A DNA stretch of 64,000 nt from Candidatus Heimdallarchaeum endolithica (lineage in GTDB: Archaea; Asgardarchaeota; Heimdallarchaeia; Heimdallarchaeales; Heimdallarchaeaceae). Positions 29,578-40,385 of this stretch are shown one piece after another. Numbering within the stretch: position 1 is the first letter of the stretch; each line of letters begins with the position of its first letter. The stretch covers positions 1,728,001-1,792,000 of the forward strand of contig CP084167.1 of the NCBI GenBank assembly GCA_021513715.1. The letters are read 5' to 3'. The position numbers and the translations under genes were made by a program. Under the pieces are notes generated by a model that was not told where the DNA came from, ran no database searches, and worked only from the letters and a program-made list of their open reading frames with translations.

Positions 29578-29669
29578 TTACGTAAAAAAGTAAATCATGT
29601 AATTAAAATTATTGGAATGAAATAAATAAAAAACAAAAATAATAGTGAAAACACAAAAATCTGTACTTA

Positions 29670-30482
29670 TTATTTTTCTTTGTTAATATTTTCAAGCATT
29701 TTGGTTACAATTTCATCAAAAACGCTTTTAGTTAGATCATCTAATTTCACAGCTGGTTTTCCTATGTCTCCAGCCTCACATATCTTTGGAATTAGTGGAA
29801 CAGCACCTAAAAATGGGATATTAAGCATCTTTGCAACATTTTTTCCTCCATCTTTAGCGAAGATGTAAGTGATATTTCCACAATGTTCACACTTGAAACC
29901 ACTCATATTTTCAACAATTCCTAGAATTGGAGTGTTAGTAACATTTGCAAAATTGATAGATTTTCTTACATCCAGTAGAGATACTGCTTGTGGAGTAGTA
30001 ACAACTACCATTCCATTTAAATCTTTAATTGTTTGTACGATTGACAATGGCTCATCACTACTTCCAGGAGGTAGATCAACAATTAGAAAATCAAGTTCTC
30101 CCCATGCAACATCGCCTATGAGTTGCTTTAAGCCTTTTATTTTTAGAGGACCGCGCCAAATAATAGCTTTACTTTTATCTTCAAGTAAAAACTCCATAGA
30201 AACAACTTTAACATTTCCTGCTTCAATTGGAAGTATCTTGTTTCCTTCAGACATTAGTTGTTCATTTTCTACTCCCAACATCAAAGGTACATTTGGTCCA
30301 GTTATATCTGCATCAAGAATACCTACCTTATATCCTTTATCTGCTAAAGTTTGAGCAATGTTAACTGTAACAGTTGTTTTTCCTGTTCCTCCTTTTCCGC
30401 TCAAAACAGCTATTTTATATTTGATCTTACTGAGTGTTTCCTCAATTTTTTGATCTTCTTCAGATTTTAATTTTAGTTCCAT
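29670..30482 (-). CDS. Mrp/NBP35 Fe-S cluster carrier ATPase
   Basis: SGKGGTGKTT, DADITGPN, IIWRGP, DLPPG, VTTPQ, ENMSGFKCEHC. Confidence 0.95.
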   Translation of the reverse strand: MELKLKSEEDQKIEETLSKIKYKIAVLSGKGGTGKTTVTVNIAQTLADKGYKVGILDADITGPNVPLMLGVENEQLMSEGNKILPIEAGNVKVVSMEFLLEDKSKAIIWRGPLKIKGLKQLIGDVAWGELDFLIVDLPPGSSDEPLSIVQTIKDLNGMVVVTTPQAVSLLDVRKSINFANVTNTPILGIVENMSGFKCEHCGNITYIFAKDGGKNVAKMLNIPFLGAVPLIPKICEAGDIGKPAVKLDDLTKSVFDEIVTKMLENINKEK

Positions 30483-30647
30483 TTTAATCCCTTCTTTTCG
30501 TTATGAAAACCAAATAAATAATTTAAAAACAATTTGTTTCGTCAATTTTTTTGAATTTTAAGAATAAACTTGGTGCCCCCTAGCTTAATACTTGATTGAA
30601 CTTTTTTATGTGATTAAAAGTTTATAATAAAAAAATTAAATAGAAAT

Positions 30648-31802
30648 CTATTTTAGTTTCTCAGTTGATTTAAAATCTCTATATAAAGATAATTCTTCTA
30701 GAATCCTTTTATCATCAGAAGTAAGTTCATTTGCGACTAATCTAAACAATAGTTCACCAAGTCCAGGTCCTAACATAAAACCTTGTCCACACATTCCAAC
30801 TGCATTAATATATCCTTTAATTTCATTTACTGGTCCAACAATAGGGCTACCGTCTGGAGTCATAGGATAAATACCTCTCCATGTTCTTCGTATTTTCAAA
30901 TGCTTGGTTCTTGGTAATAGTTCAGTTATACGTTGTGCAACTTGAGGAAGAAAAACTGACGTTTCTCTACAATCAGTTCCTGGAATTAAAGGGTCAGGAG
31001 TCAAACAGAGAATAAATTGACCATGTTTGTTTTGATAGAAATAAAAGTTTTTTGTACCAGGACGGCTTCGTATATCAACTACCAATGGTTTAACGAATTT
31101 TTTTACAGGTTCAGTGATACCTGATTCATGTGAATCTGGAAATATAGGGAGATCTATTCCCACCATTTTCCCTATTTTTGATGCTTCAGAGCCTGCAGCG
31201 TTTATAACGAAATCAGTTTCATAAACATTTTTATCAGTTTTAACCTGTTTTACTTGTCCATTTTCTGTCTTGATGTCTGTAACTGTTTCCTCAAAAAAGA
31301 AATCAGCCCCTTCTTTTTTTGCAGCATCATAAAATGCATATGAACAAAGTATAGGTGATGCAGTTCCATCTTCTGGTGAGTAAGTACCTCCTCGTAACTC
31401 TTCATCAACGATTCCAGGCACTAATTCTTTTATTTTCTCTTTAGTTACCCAGTTGATATTTAAACCAGCCTTTTGTTGGATATTTATTGTTTCTTTCAGC
31501 ATTTTCTCATCTTTTTCTGTATAAGCAACAAATACATATCCCCCTTGTTCCCACTCAATATCATGACCGTATTTGTCTTTCCAAGTAGAGAAGATACGTA
31601 TGGAATCAAGACAAATTTTAATTTTAGCAAAACTAGAATGAGTTGCTCTGACACCACCTATTGCACGTTTATTTTGTCCTTGTCCAGTCGCAGTATTACT
31701 TTCTATTACTGCAACTTTCAATCCTCTTTTCGCTGTTGATAAAGCAGTGGGAACTCCTACACTTCCTCCGCCTATAATTACAACATCATACTTTTTATTC
31801 AT
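30648..31802 (-). CDS. FAD-dependent oxidoreductase, dye-linked proline dehydrogenase/sarcosine oxidase beta-like
   Basis: IIGGGSVG, AIGGVR, RTWRGIYPMTPDGSPIVG, GQGFMLGPG. Confidence 0.85.
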   Translation of the reverse strand: MNKKYDVVIIGGGSVGVPTALSTAKRGLKVAVIESNTATGQGQNKRAIGGVRATHSSFAKIKICLDSIRIFSTWKDKYGHDIEWEQGGYVFVAYTEKDEKMLKETINIQQKAGLNINWVTKEKIKELVPGIVDEELRGGTYSPEDGTASPILCSYAFYDAAKKEGADFFFEETVTDIKTENGQVKQVKTDKNVYETDFVINAAGSEASKIGKMVGIDLPIFPDSHESGITEPVKKFVKPLVVDIRSRPGTKNFYFYQNKHGQFILCLTPDPLIPGTDCRETSVFLPQVAQRITELLPRTKHLKIRRTWRGIYPMTPDGSPIVGPVNEIKGYINAVGMCGQGFMLGPGLGELLFRLVANELTSDDKRILEELSLYRDFKSTEKLK

Positions 31803-33882
31803 TTTTTTTCTCCTCCTTTGATGAAAAATTCTTTAGAGGTACTTCAACAAAGAGGGGTCTTTTTGAAGATGGCTTATATTCTCCTGGTTTATAGCCTTCC
31901 TCTCTATAAATGCGCTCAATTAGTGAAGAACAAGTTTTTCCTCCACATGCACCTAAACCAGCACGTGTAATTGCTTTTAGTTCATTCATATCTTTAACAC
32001 CAGAACGTATATATCTTCTGACCTCTCCTGCAGTTACTCTTTCACATCTACATACGTAAGCATCATCAGGAATAATTTGCTCATGATAATCATCTTCAAT
32101 ATTGTTCTCAATAACGTTTTGTACTTTGAATGATGTTGCTTTCCACGCAATTTCTTTTGGAACTTGAAGCTCAACTAATTTTGTAGCTTGATACTTCCTT
32201 AATTCTCTAACTTTGTTAACAATAAATTCCCCTAATTCATTCCCATCCTCATCAACAAGCATTAAGGTATCTCCTTGCTTTATTTCAGCAAATATTTCAC
32301 AAGGAAGCGTTATGGTAGGTTTTTCATTATCATTTCTAAAGTCAACAAGCGTAATCGCCAACCCTGGGCAAATTGCAACACACTGTGCACAACCAATACA
32401 TTCACTTGTAGCAACAAATTTAGGGATGCCCAAGATTCCTCCACCCTCAATTTTTATTAGATTCCTTGGACAAACTGAAGTACAAGGATTGCAAGGAATT
32501 TCCTGTTTACAATGGATAATAGGATAGACTCCAGTTGTGGAGCTAGGTTTTTCTTTTTCAAATATTTTTCCAGGATGACTCTTTAGTATAGCTTCTTTTT
32601 CTCTCCATTCTTCTGGAATATCCTCAGTTGTAAAACCAAATGATTTAGCTATCTCAGCTCCAGCAATTTTTCCTCCAAACATTGCAGCAGAAGCTTCAGC
32701 TATTTCTTTAGCATCCCCAGCAGACCAGACATCAAAACCATATTCTTTGGCTTTTAGATAGAATTCATCAACAGGATTTAATCCAACAGCTATAAGAATT
32801 GTATCAACTTCAAAGGTTTTTTCTGTTCCCTTTATTGGCTTAAAATTCTTATCTATCTCTGCAATAGTTATAGATTCAACCCTCTCTTCTCCGTGAGCTG
32901 CTAAGATAGTATGACTTGTAAAAATAGGTACACCAAGCCTTTTGAGTTTATCTTCATGAACTTTATATCCACCACAATAAGGTAATGCTTCTACTAAACC
33001 CACGACCTTGATACCAGCTTGGATTGCATGATAACCAGCAATTAATCCAACATTTCCCCCTCCCACAATAAATATTCTATTACTTGTCCTTACTAGATCT
33101 CTATTAACTAAAGTCTGAAAAGCACCTGCACCATAAACTCCAGGAAGGGTATTTCCTGGGAAAACCAGCATTTTTTCTCTTGCACCAGTAGCTACTAGCA
33201 ATTTTTTTGGTTTTACAAGAATATACTGATCTTTTTTCAATATACCCACGACTTTATCAGAAAAAACTGCAATTGCGGTACTTTCAAGCCAAACATCAAT
33301 ATTTTGAGACGAGTTAATTCGATCAGCTAATATATTTCCAATCTGAATTCCTCGTGTACCAGCAAATGAATCCTTAATTGAACCAAAAAATTTATGCGTT
33401 TGAAGGACGAGTTTTCCACCTAATTTAGATTTATCGTCCACTATTAGAATTTTGATATTATATTTTGATAATTCTATTGCTGCAGATAATCCTGCAGGAC
33501 CTCCTCCAATAATCAAAACATCTGTTTCTATTTTTTTTACTGGTTTTAAATCAACTGGTTTATCATCTTCGGGTAATGTGGGTAAACCTTCTAAACTTTC
33601 TATTTTCATTCCTTCTTTGAGTGGAGTCATACATGACTTTACTGCTAATCCATCAACAATTACTGTACACTGTGAGCATTGTCCATTCGCACAAAAAATA
33701 CCTTGAGGACTTTTGTCTTTCTTATGATGACCAAAAATATCTATCCCATTAGCTATTAAAGCAGATGATATCATCTCATTTTCATAACCAAACATTTTTT
33801 TTGAATTAAATGTAAAAGAAACTTTCTTTCGCTCTATATCTGTAGATAAAACGGGGTGTTGAGTTATTCTTCTATTAGTCAT
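31795..33882 (-). CDS. fused 2Fe-2S / FAD oxidoreductase / 4Fe-4S / BFD-like 2Fe-2S subunit (proline dehydrogenase/sarcosine oxidase alpha-like)
   Basis: GIFCANGQCSQC, GGGPAG, ATGARE, CNPCTSVC and CIGCAQCVAIC ferredoxin motifs, CRCERV...GLGACGGKTC. Confidence 0.85.
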   Translation of the reverse strand: MTNRRITQHPVLSTDIERKKVSFTFNSKKMFGYENEMISSALIANGIDIFGHHKKDKSPQGIFCANGQCSQCTVIVDGLAVKSCMTPLKEGMKIESLEGLPTLPEDDKPVDLKPVKKIETDVLIIGGGPAGLSAAIELSKYNIKILIVDDKSKLGGKLVLQTHKFFGSIKDSFAGTRGIQIGNILADRINSSQNIDVWLESTAIAVFSDKVVGILKKDQYILVKPKKLLVATGAREKMLVFPGNTLPGVYGAGAFQTLVNRDLVRTSNRIFIVGGGNVGLIAGYHAIQAGIKVVGLVEALPYCGGYKVHEDKLKRLGVPIFTSHTILAAHGEERVESITIAEIDKNFKPIKGTEKTFEVDTILIAVGLNPVDEFYLKAKEYGFDVWSAGDAKEIAEASAAMFGGKIAGAEIAKSFGFTTEDIPEEWREKEAILKSHPGKIFEKEKPSSTTGVYPIIHCKQEIPCNPCTSVCPRNLIKIEGGGILGIPKFVATSECIGCAQCVAICPGLAITLVDFRNDNEKPTITLPCEIFAEIKQGDTLMLVDEDGNELGEFIVNKVRELRKYQATKLVELQVPKEIAWKATSFKVQNVIENNIEDDYHEQIIPDDAYVCRCERVTAGEVRRYIRSGVKDMNELKAITRAGLGACGGKTCSSLIERIYREEGYKPGEYKPSSKRPLFVEVPLKNFSSKEEKKNE

Positions 33883-34249
33883 TTTTCTTCCTCACAACAT
33901 ATCAGTGTTCACATTTGTACACAAGTTAATTGTCGAATTCGAATAATAAATATATAATAATGTTTCTCAACAAGCATTACCATTATATCTGCTAGTATCT
34001 CGTAAAATCTTTACATTTGATGTTAAACATGATTTTTCAACTTACTTTTAAACTATGAACAGAAAATAAAAGAACTTACTTTATAACGTGATTAATTCCA
34101 TATAGAATACCTATAAGATATAAAAGAATTAAAATTTGAAAGATATCACCTTTTCGTACTGGAATATTACAATGCAACAAACTAATATATCAATAATAAA
34201 TGTGAAACTCTTGAAAACTTTTAAATAAAAAGTCACTACACGTTAAGCA

Positions 34250-35107
34250 ATGAGCATTCAAGTAACAAGCGTATATACAAATACAAAAGAACACAACACC
34301 AAGTTCAGAACTGGACACGGTCAATCATTTTTAATAACAAATTTACAATCAGGAAAGAAAATTCTATTTGATATTGGAACAAAAGGAGAAGATGTCCTTT
34401 TTAATATGAATCTTTTAGGTATTCACCCAGATGAAATAGATTTAATAGTCTTTTCTCATGGGCATTATGATCATACAAGAGGATTAGAAAGTTTTCTTAA
34501 AGTTAGAAAAAAAGAAATAACAATAATAGGTCATCCAAATATAATTGAACCTAAAAAAGTGAAATTCAAAAAATGGTTTTTCAATGTTAAAATCGATATC
34601 GGATTTCCTAAACTTAAATCGTCTCTTAAAAAGAAAATAAAATTCTTGTTTCAAACCGAATTCTATGCAATAACAGATAATATCTTCCTTTCTGGTGAGA
34701 TTATAACAAGAAATGAAAAAGATGGGACAGAAGATAGATTGATACACTACAATGGCAAGAAATGGGAAAAAGACCCTCTAGTAGACGATCAATCACTTAT
34801 TATCGAAACAGATAAAGGATTAGTAATCATCTGCGGTTGTTGCCACGCAGGATTACTAAACACACTAAAACACATTAGTCAAACATTTGAAAATAAAAAT
34901 ATCTTTGCTGTTATTGGTGGAACTCACATGTTAAAGTTCAATGAAAATGAGTTAGAACACATCAGTAAAGTTCTTGTTGAAAAATACAAAAAACCTATAC
35001 TTTATTTGAACCACTGCACAGGTAATTTTGCTTTTGACTACCTTCAACAAAAACTTGGAAAAGAAACTGTAAAACCTTTTCATACAGGTTATAATCTCTC
35101 TTTTTAG
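34250..35107 (+). CDS. MBL-fold metallo-hydrolase (MJ0301-like)
   Basis: GHGQS, SHGHYDHTRG, DDQSL, CGCCHAG, IGGTH, NHCTG. Confidence 0.88.
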   Translation: MSIQVTSVYTNTKEHNTKFRTGHGQSFLITNLQSGKKILFDIGTKGEDVLFNMNLLGIHPDEIDLIVFSHGHYDHTRGLESFLKVRKKEITIIGHPNIIEPKKVKFKKWFFNVKIDIGFPKLKSSLKKKIKFLFQTEFYAITDNIFLSGEIITRNEKDGTEDRLIHYNGKKWEKDPLVDDQSLIIETDKGLVIICGCCHAGLLNTLKHISQTFENKNIFAVIGGTHMLKFNENELEHISKVLVEKYKKPILYLNHCTGNFAFDYLQQKLGKETVKPFHTGYNLSF

Positions 35108-35150
35108 TTAATTTCATCGGTTTTTTTTGAAACATAAAAGAGTCAATAAC

Positions 35151-35202
35151 CGAAAGATTTATATATCAGTTTATGCCCAGTATTATACAGAAAGTATAAT
35201 AC
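35151..35202 (+). promoter_or_regulatory. heat-shock operon promoter (BRE+TATA) with a palindromic operator
   Basis: CGAAAGA + TTTATATA (35151-35165). Perfect inverted repeat GTATTATAC-N5-GTATAATAC at 35180-35202 over the expected TSS. SD GAGGTGA follows. Confidence 0.8.
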
Positions 35203-35218
35203 CGAGAGGTGATATAAA

Positions 35219-35878
35219 ATGGTATGGAAAAACAAAAAGGACGAAAGAAATCCAAACTTCAGAGAGTTTCGCTCTGTTAGATATTATACTAATATAAATG
35301 GTAAAGAAAATACTTATGGTTATGATTACACCCTCGATGAAAATGGTAAAAAAGTCTATAAAGAATATGGAGATCCATCAATATTTAATTTAGATGGGGA
35401 CATTGAGGAACGAATTAAAGAATTTGAAAATATGTTTAGTAATGAATGGAGAGTTGACAGATTTGGATTATTAGACAGCATCTTTCCAAAATTAAGTAAT
35501 ATTCTTGAGGAACACATGTTAGGTTTAGGGTTGCCTATGGCTTCTGAACCAAGAGTAATTAATCCAACGGAAAACGACTCGCCTAGTGAAAAGCAAGAAT
35601 TAAGTTATGATTTCCAAAAAGATGGAGACAAGTTATATCTTATTATTGAACTTCCAGGATTTGGAAAAGAAGATCTTAAAATCAAATTAAGAGACAATAA
35701 GCTTTATCTAGTTGCTAAGAACAATAAGAAGGAAATAAGCACAGTAATTGATCTTAAATATAAAGTAAATAAGAAATCTAAAATTGATGCTACTATGCAA
35801 AATGGTATCCTTGAACTACAATTTAAACTAGCTAAAGATGAAAAAAATGATGATGGATTGGACATCACCATCAACTAA
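35219..35878 (+). CDS. small heat-shock protein Hsp20 (archaeal type)
   Basis: YGYDYTLDENGK N-motif; alpha-crystallin LIIELPGFGKEDLKI...ATMQNGILEL. Confidence 0.9.
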   Translation: MVWKNKKDERNPNFREFRSVRYYTNINGKENTYGYDYTLDENGKKVYKEYGDPSIFNLDGDIEERIKEFENMFSNEWRVDRFGLLDSIFPKLSNILEEHMLGLGLPMASEPRVINPTENDSPSEKQELSYDFQKDGDKLYLIIELPGFGKEDLKIKLRDNKLYLVAKNNKKEISTVIDLKYKVNKKSKIDATMQNGILELQFKLAKDEKNDDGLDITIN

Positions 35879-35895
35879 ATTTTTTCTTTTTTTAG

Positions 35896-38133
<2,238 letters not shown>

Positions 38134-38162
38134 CCCATTTTTTTTTAGGAGATGAGAGAACG

Positions 38163-38885
38163 ATGAATGATGAAGAAGAGATTATGGATATCGAAGAGCT
38201 ATTTGAGGTATTTAGCAATTCTACAAGACGAAAGATTCTTGAGTTACTATCATCTGAAGCTTTATATCCATTTCAGATTTCGAAGATTCTGGAAATATCT
38301 CCAAGAATAATAGGAAAATATATTTCTGAACTTGAAAAATTAGGGTTAGTAAGAACAATTGAAAAAAAGAGTGATAAAGGACCAACAAGAAAATATGCAC
38401 AAATAGACAAAACATTTTCTATTATGATAGACGTTGGTCCCAACAATTTTTCTTGGAAAGTGGTTCCTATTGAAACAGAAACTAGTGATGAAGAAGTACA
38501 AACAACAGGAATCAGAAAAATCAGTGAAAAAGATATAAAAAATATTGAAGAAGTAAAAAATTCTATTAAGAAAAAAGTTGCTGAAGTTGTAAAAATAGAC
38601 AATAAGAGAAAAGAGTTGGTTGCAGACATTAATGAATGTTTTAAGATTTTTAATGACCTTTTAGAAAACACAATAGAGGAATATATTGACAGGGTTTATG
38701 TGCGAACATTGCTTCGAGAAATGGTAAATATGAAACAAGAATGGATTTCTTCTAATCATTTATCTAATACCTTACGAGAGTGGAGAGGAGATATCAGGAA
38801 CAGGCTACTTAGATTAGCGGAAGAAACAGGGATTGTTAAGTACAAATTTGATACTAGAAAAAATGATTATTTATTTTCTATCTAA
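38163..38885 (+). CDS. ArsR-type wHTH regulator with coiled coil (Phr/HSR1-like heat-shock repressor)
   Basis: FSNSTRRKILELLS, LEKLGLV, GPTRKY; coiled coil; in an operon with hsp20-cdc48. Confidence 0.8.
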   Translation: MNDEEEIMDIEELFEVFSNSTRRKILELLSSEALYPFQISKILEISPRIIGKYISELEKLGLVRTIEKKSDKGPTRKYAQIDKTFSIMIDVGPNNFSWKVVPIETETSDEEVQTTGIRKISEKDIKNIEEVKNSIKKKVAEVVKIDNKRKELVADINECFKIFNDLLENTIEEYIDRVYVRTLLREMVNMKQEWISSNHLSNTLREWRGDIRNRLLRLAEETGIVKYKFDTRKNDYLFSI

Positions 38886-38925
38886 TCATTTTTATTTAGA
38901 TTGATAAATTTAATTATAACCTAAA

Positions 38926-40278
38926 ATGACAAAAAGTTTCATTCAATTACATATTGGTATAGACGACACTGACTCCCTATCGGGTAATTGCACCACTTAT
39001 GTAGCAGCAAAAATAATAGAACATATTGCTAATTTTGTCAATTTTAGCGATTATCCAAGACTTATAAGAAATAACCCCAATATCCCATGGAAAACTAGAG
39101 GAAATGGTTCAATTGCTCTTTCATTAGAAACAAAAAAGAGATATGTTGAAGAGATAATTTCTTTCATTTTTAACTTTATAAAAAATAATCATGAGCAAGA
39201 TATTAACACGAACCCTGGTTGTGTAATTATTGAAGGAGAGATCCCTCAATGCGTAAAAGATTTTGCAAAAAGAGCTTTAATTTCTAATATAAAAATTGAT
39301 GAGGCAAAGAGACTAATCGAAGAACTAAAATTAAAATCATTTCATATTGGTAATGGGAGAGGTTTAATAGGAGCTTTAGCTGCCTTAGGTAATGAATTAA
39401 AACCCTCAGAGGATGATTTTACATACGAATTACTTACTTACAGATTAAAAGAAAATATAGGGAAAAAACGACTAGTATCTGAAGAGAGCATTCATTTAAT
39501 GGACAAAAAACTAAGCCCTTTTGTTTTCAATAATATTGATGAAGAAAAAAATAAGTCGATTATAACGCCTGCTGGAAAAGACCCTGTATTGTACGGTATT
39601 AGAGGAGAAGATGCTAATACTTTATTAGAAGCTATGAAAATGGTTAAAACATTCGAAGAAATCGAAAGATACTGTATTTTTAGAACAAATCAAGGAACAG
39701 ATCAACATTTTAAATTCGCTAAATCAAAAATTAAGAAGTATTCTGTATTCAAAGGAGAAATAGAAGTACAAACAAAACCTAAAACCATCTTAGGTGGGCA
39801 CGTTTTTTTTAAAGGTAAAGTTCTAGACAGCAACAAAATTGTTGATGTTGCTGCATTTGAACCAACAAAGAGATTTAAATTAGTAGTCAAGCAATTATTA
39901 CCAAATGACAGAATAGTTGCATTCGGTGGAATTCAAGTTTTTCAAGGGGATACTTTTACAGTTCAACTAGAAAAAATGATAGTCACGCATGTTTCTAATC
40001 AATATAAAGAGATCTCACCCCTCTGTCCTCAGTGTGGAAAAAGAATGACATCTGCAGGATTTTCTAAAGGCCACAAATGTAAAAAATGTGGTTACAAAGA
40101 TAGAAATAGCAAAAAAATAAGAGAACCTATCCCCAGACAATTGAGTAAAGGGTTGTACATTCCTCCTGCTGGATCTCAAAGACATTTAATAAAACCTAAT
40201 AGAAGATATGAAATAGACAAAAAAATAGACAAAAAAATTATTCTTATCAATAATTGGTGGAAAAAAATGAAGAATTAG
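38926..40278 (+). CDS. tiaS: tRNA(Ile2) 2-agmatinylcytidine synthetase
   Basis: HIGIDDTDS..GNCTT, RNNPNIPWKTRGNG, GRGLIGALAA, DPVLYGIRG, TNQGTD, GGHVF, AAFEPT, C-terminal Zn ribbon, RHLIKP. Confidence 0.96.
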   Translation: MTKSFIQLHIGIDDTDSLSGNCTTYVAAKIIEHIANFVNFSDYPRLIRNNPNIPWKTRGNGSIALSLETKKRYVEEIISFIFNFIKNNHEQDINTNPGCVIIEGEIPQCVKDFAKRALISNIKIDEAKRLIEELKLKSFHIGNGRGLIGALAALGNELKPSEDDFTYELLTYRLKENIGKKRLVSEESIHLMDKKLSPFVFNNIDEEKNKSIITPAGKDPVLYGIRGEDANTLLEAMKMVKTFEEIERYCIFRTNQGTDQHFKFAKSKIKKYSVFKGEIEVQTKPKTILGGHVFFKGKVLDSNKIVDVAAFEPTKRFKLVVKQLLPNDRIVAFGGIQVFQGDTFTVQLEKMIVTHVSNQYKEISPLCPQCGKRMTSAGFSKGHKCKKCGYKDRNSKKIREPIPRQLSKGLYIPPAGSQRHLIKPNRRYEIDKKIDKKIILINNWWKKMKN

Positions 40279-40335
40279 GAGGTTAACCCCTCCAATGAAG
40301 GCGCATATGAGCGCTGAGTGACGGTTAAAAACCTC
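40279..40335 (+). ncRNA. K-turn / box C/D-like small RNA with an anti-CAU-anticodon spacer
   Basis: GC-rich island. Outer stems GAGG/CCTC and TTAACC/GGTTAA; C-like ATGAAGG 40295-40301; 12-nt spacer CGCATATGAGCG; D box CTGA 40314-40317. Confidence 0.65.
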
Positions 40336-40385
40336 AGCAAGAGAATAAAGTTTTTTTTCTATTTAAAATTATCGGAGAGCTGAAG

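Larger units (their letters stand above)
27736..29585 (+). mobile_element. non-autonomous TnpB-only element (IS200/IS605/IS607-derived)
   Basis: Bounded by direct repeat TTTACGTAA (27736-27744, 29577-29585). Higher GC than the flanks. Contains a polypurine left end, tnpB and a structured right end; no TnpA. Confidence 0.75.

Noticed and set aside
33883-34249. Possible gene remnants in the 33.9-34.2 kb and 47.6-47.9 kb gaps
   Set aside because: Only short open frames with no recognisable motif.
40290-40322. SECIS interpretation of the AUGA...GA hairpin after tiaS
   Set aside because: The helix above the G.A pairs is only 4-5 bp, and tiaS has no in-frame UGA (it ends in TAG).
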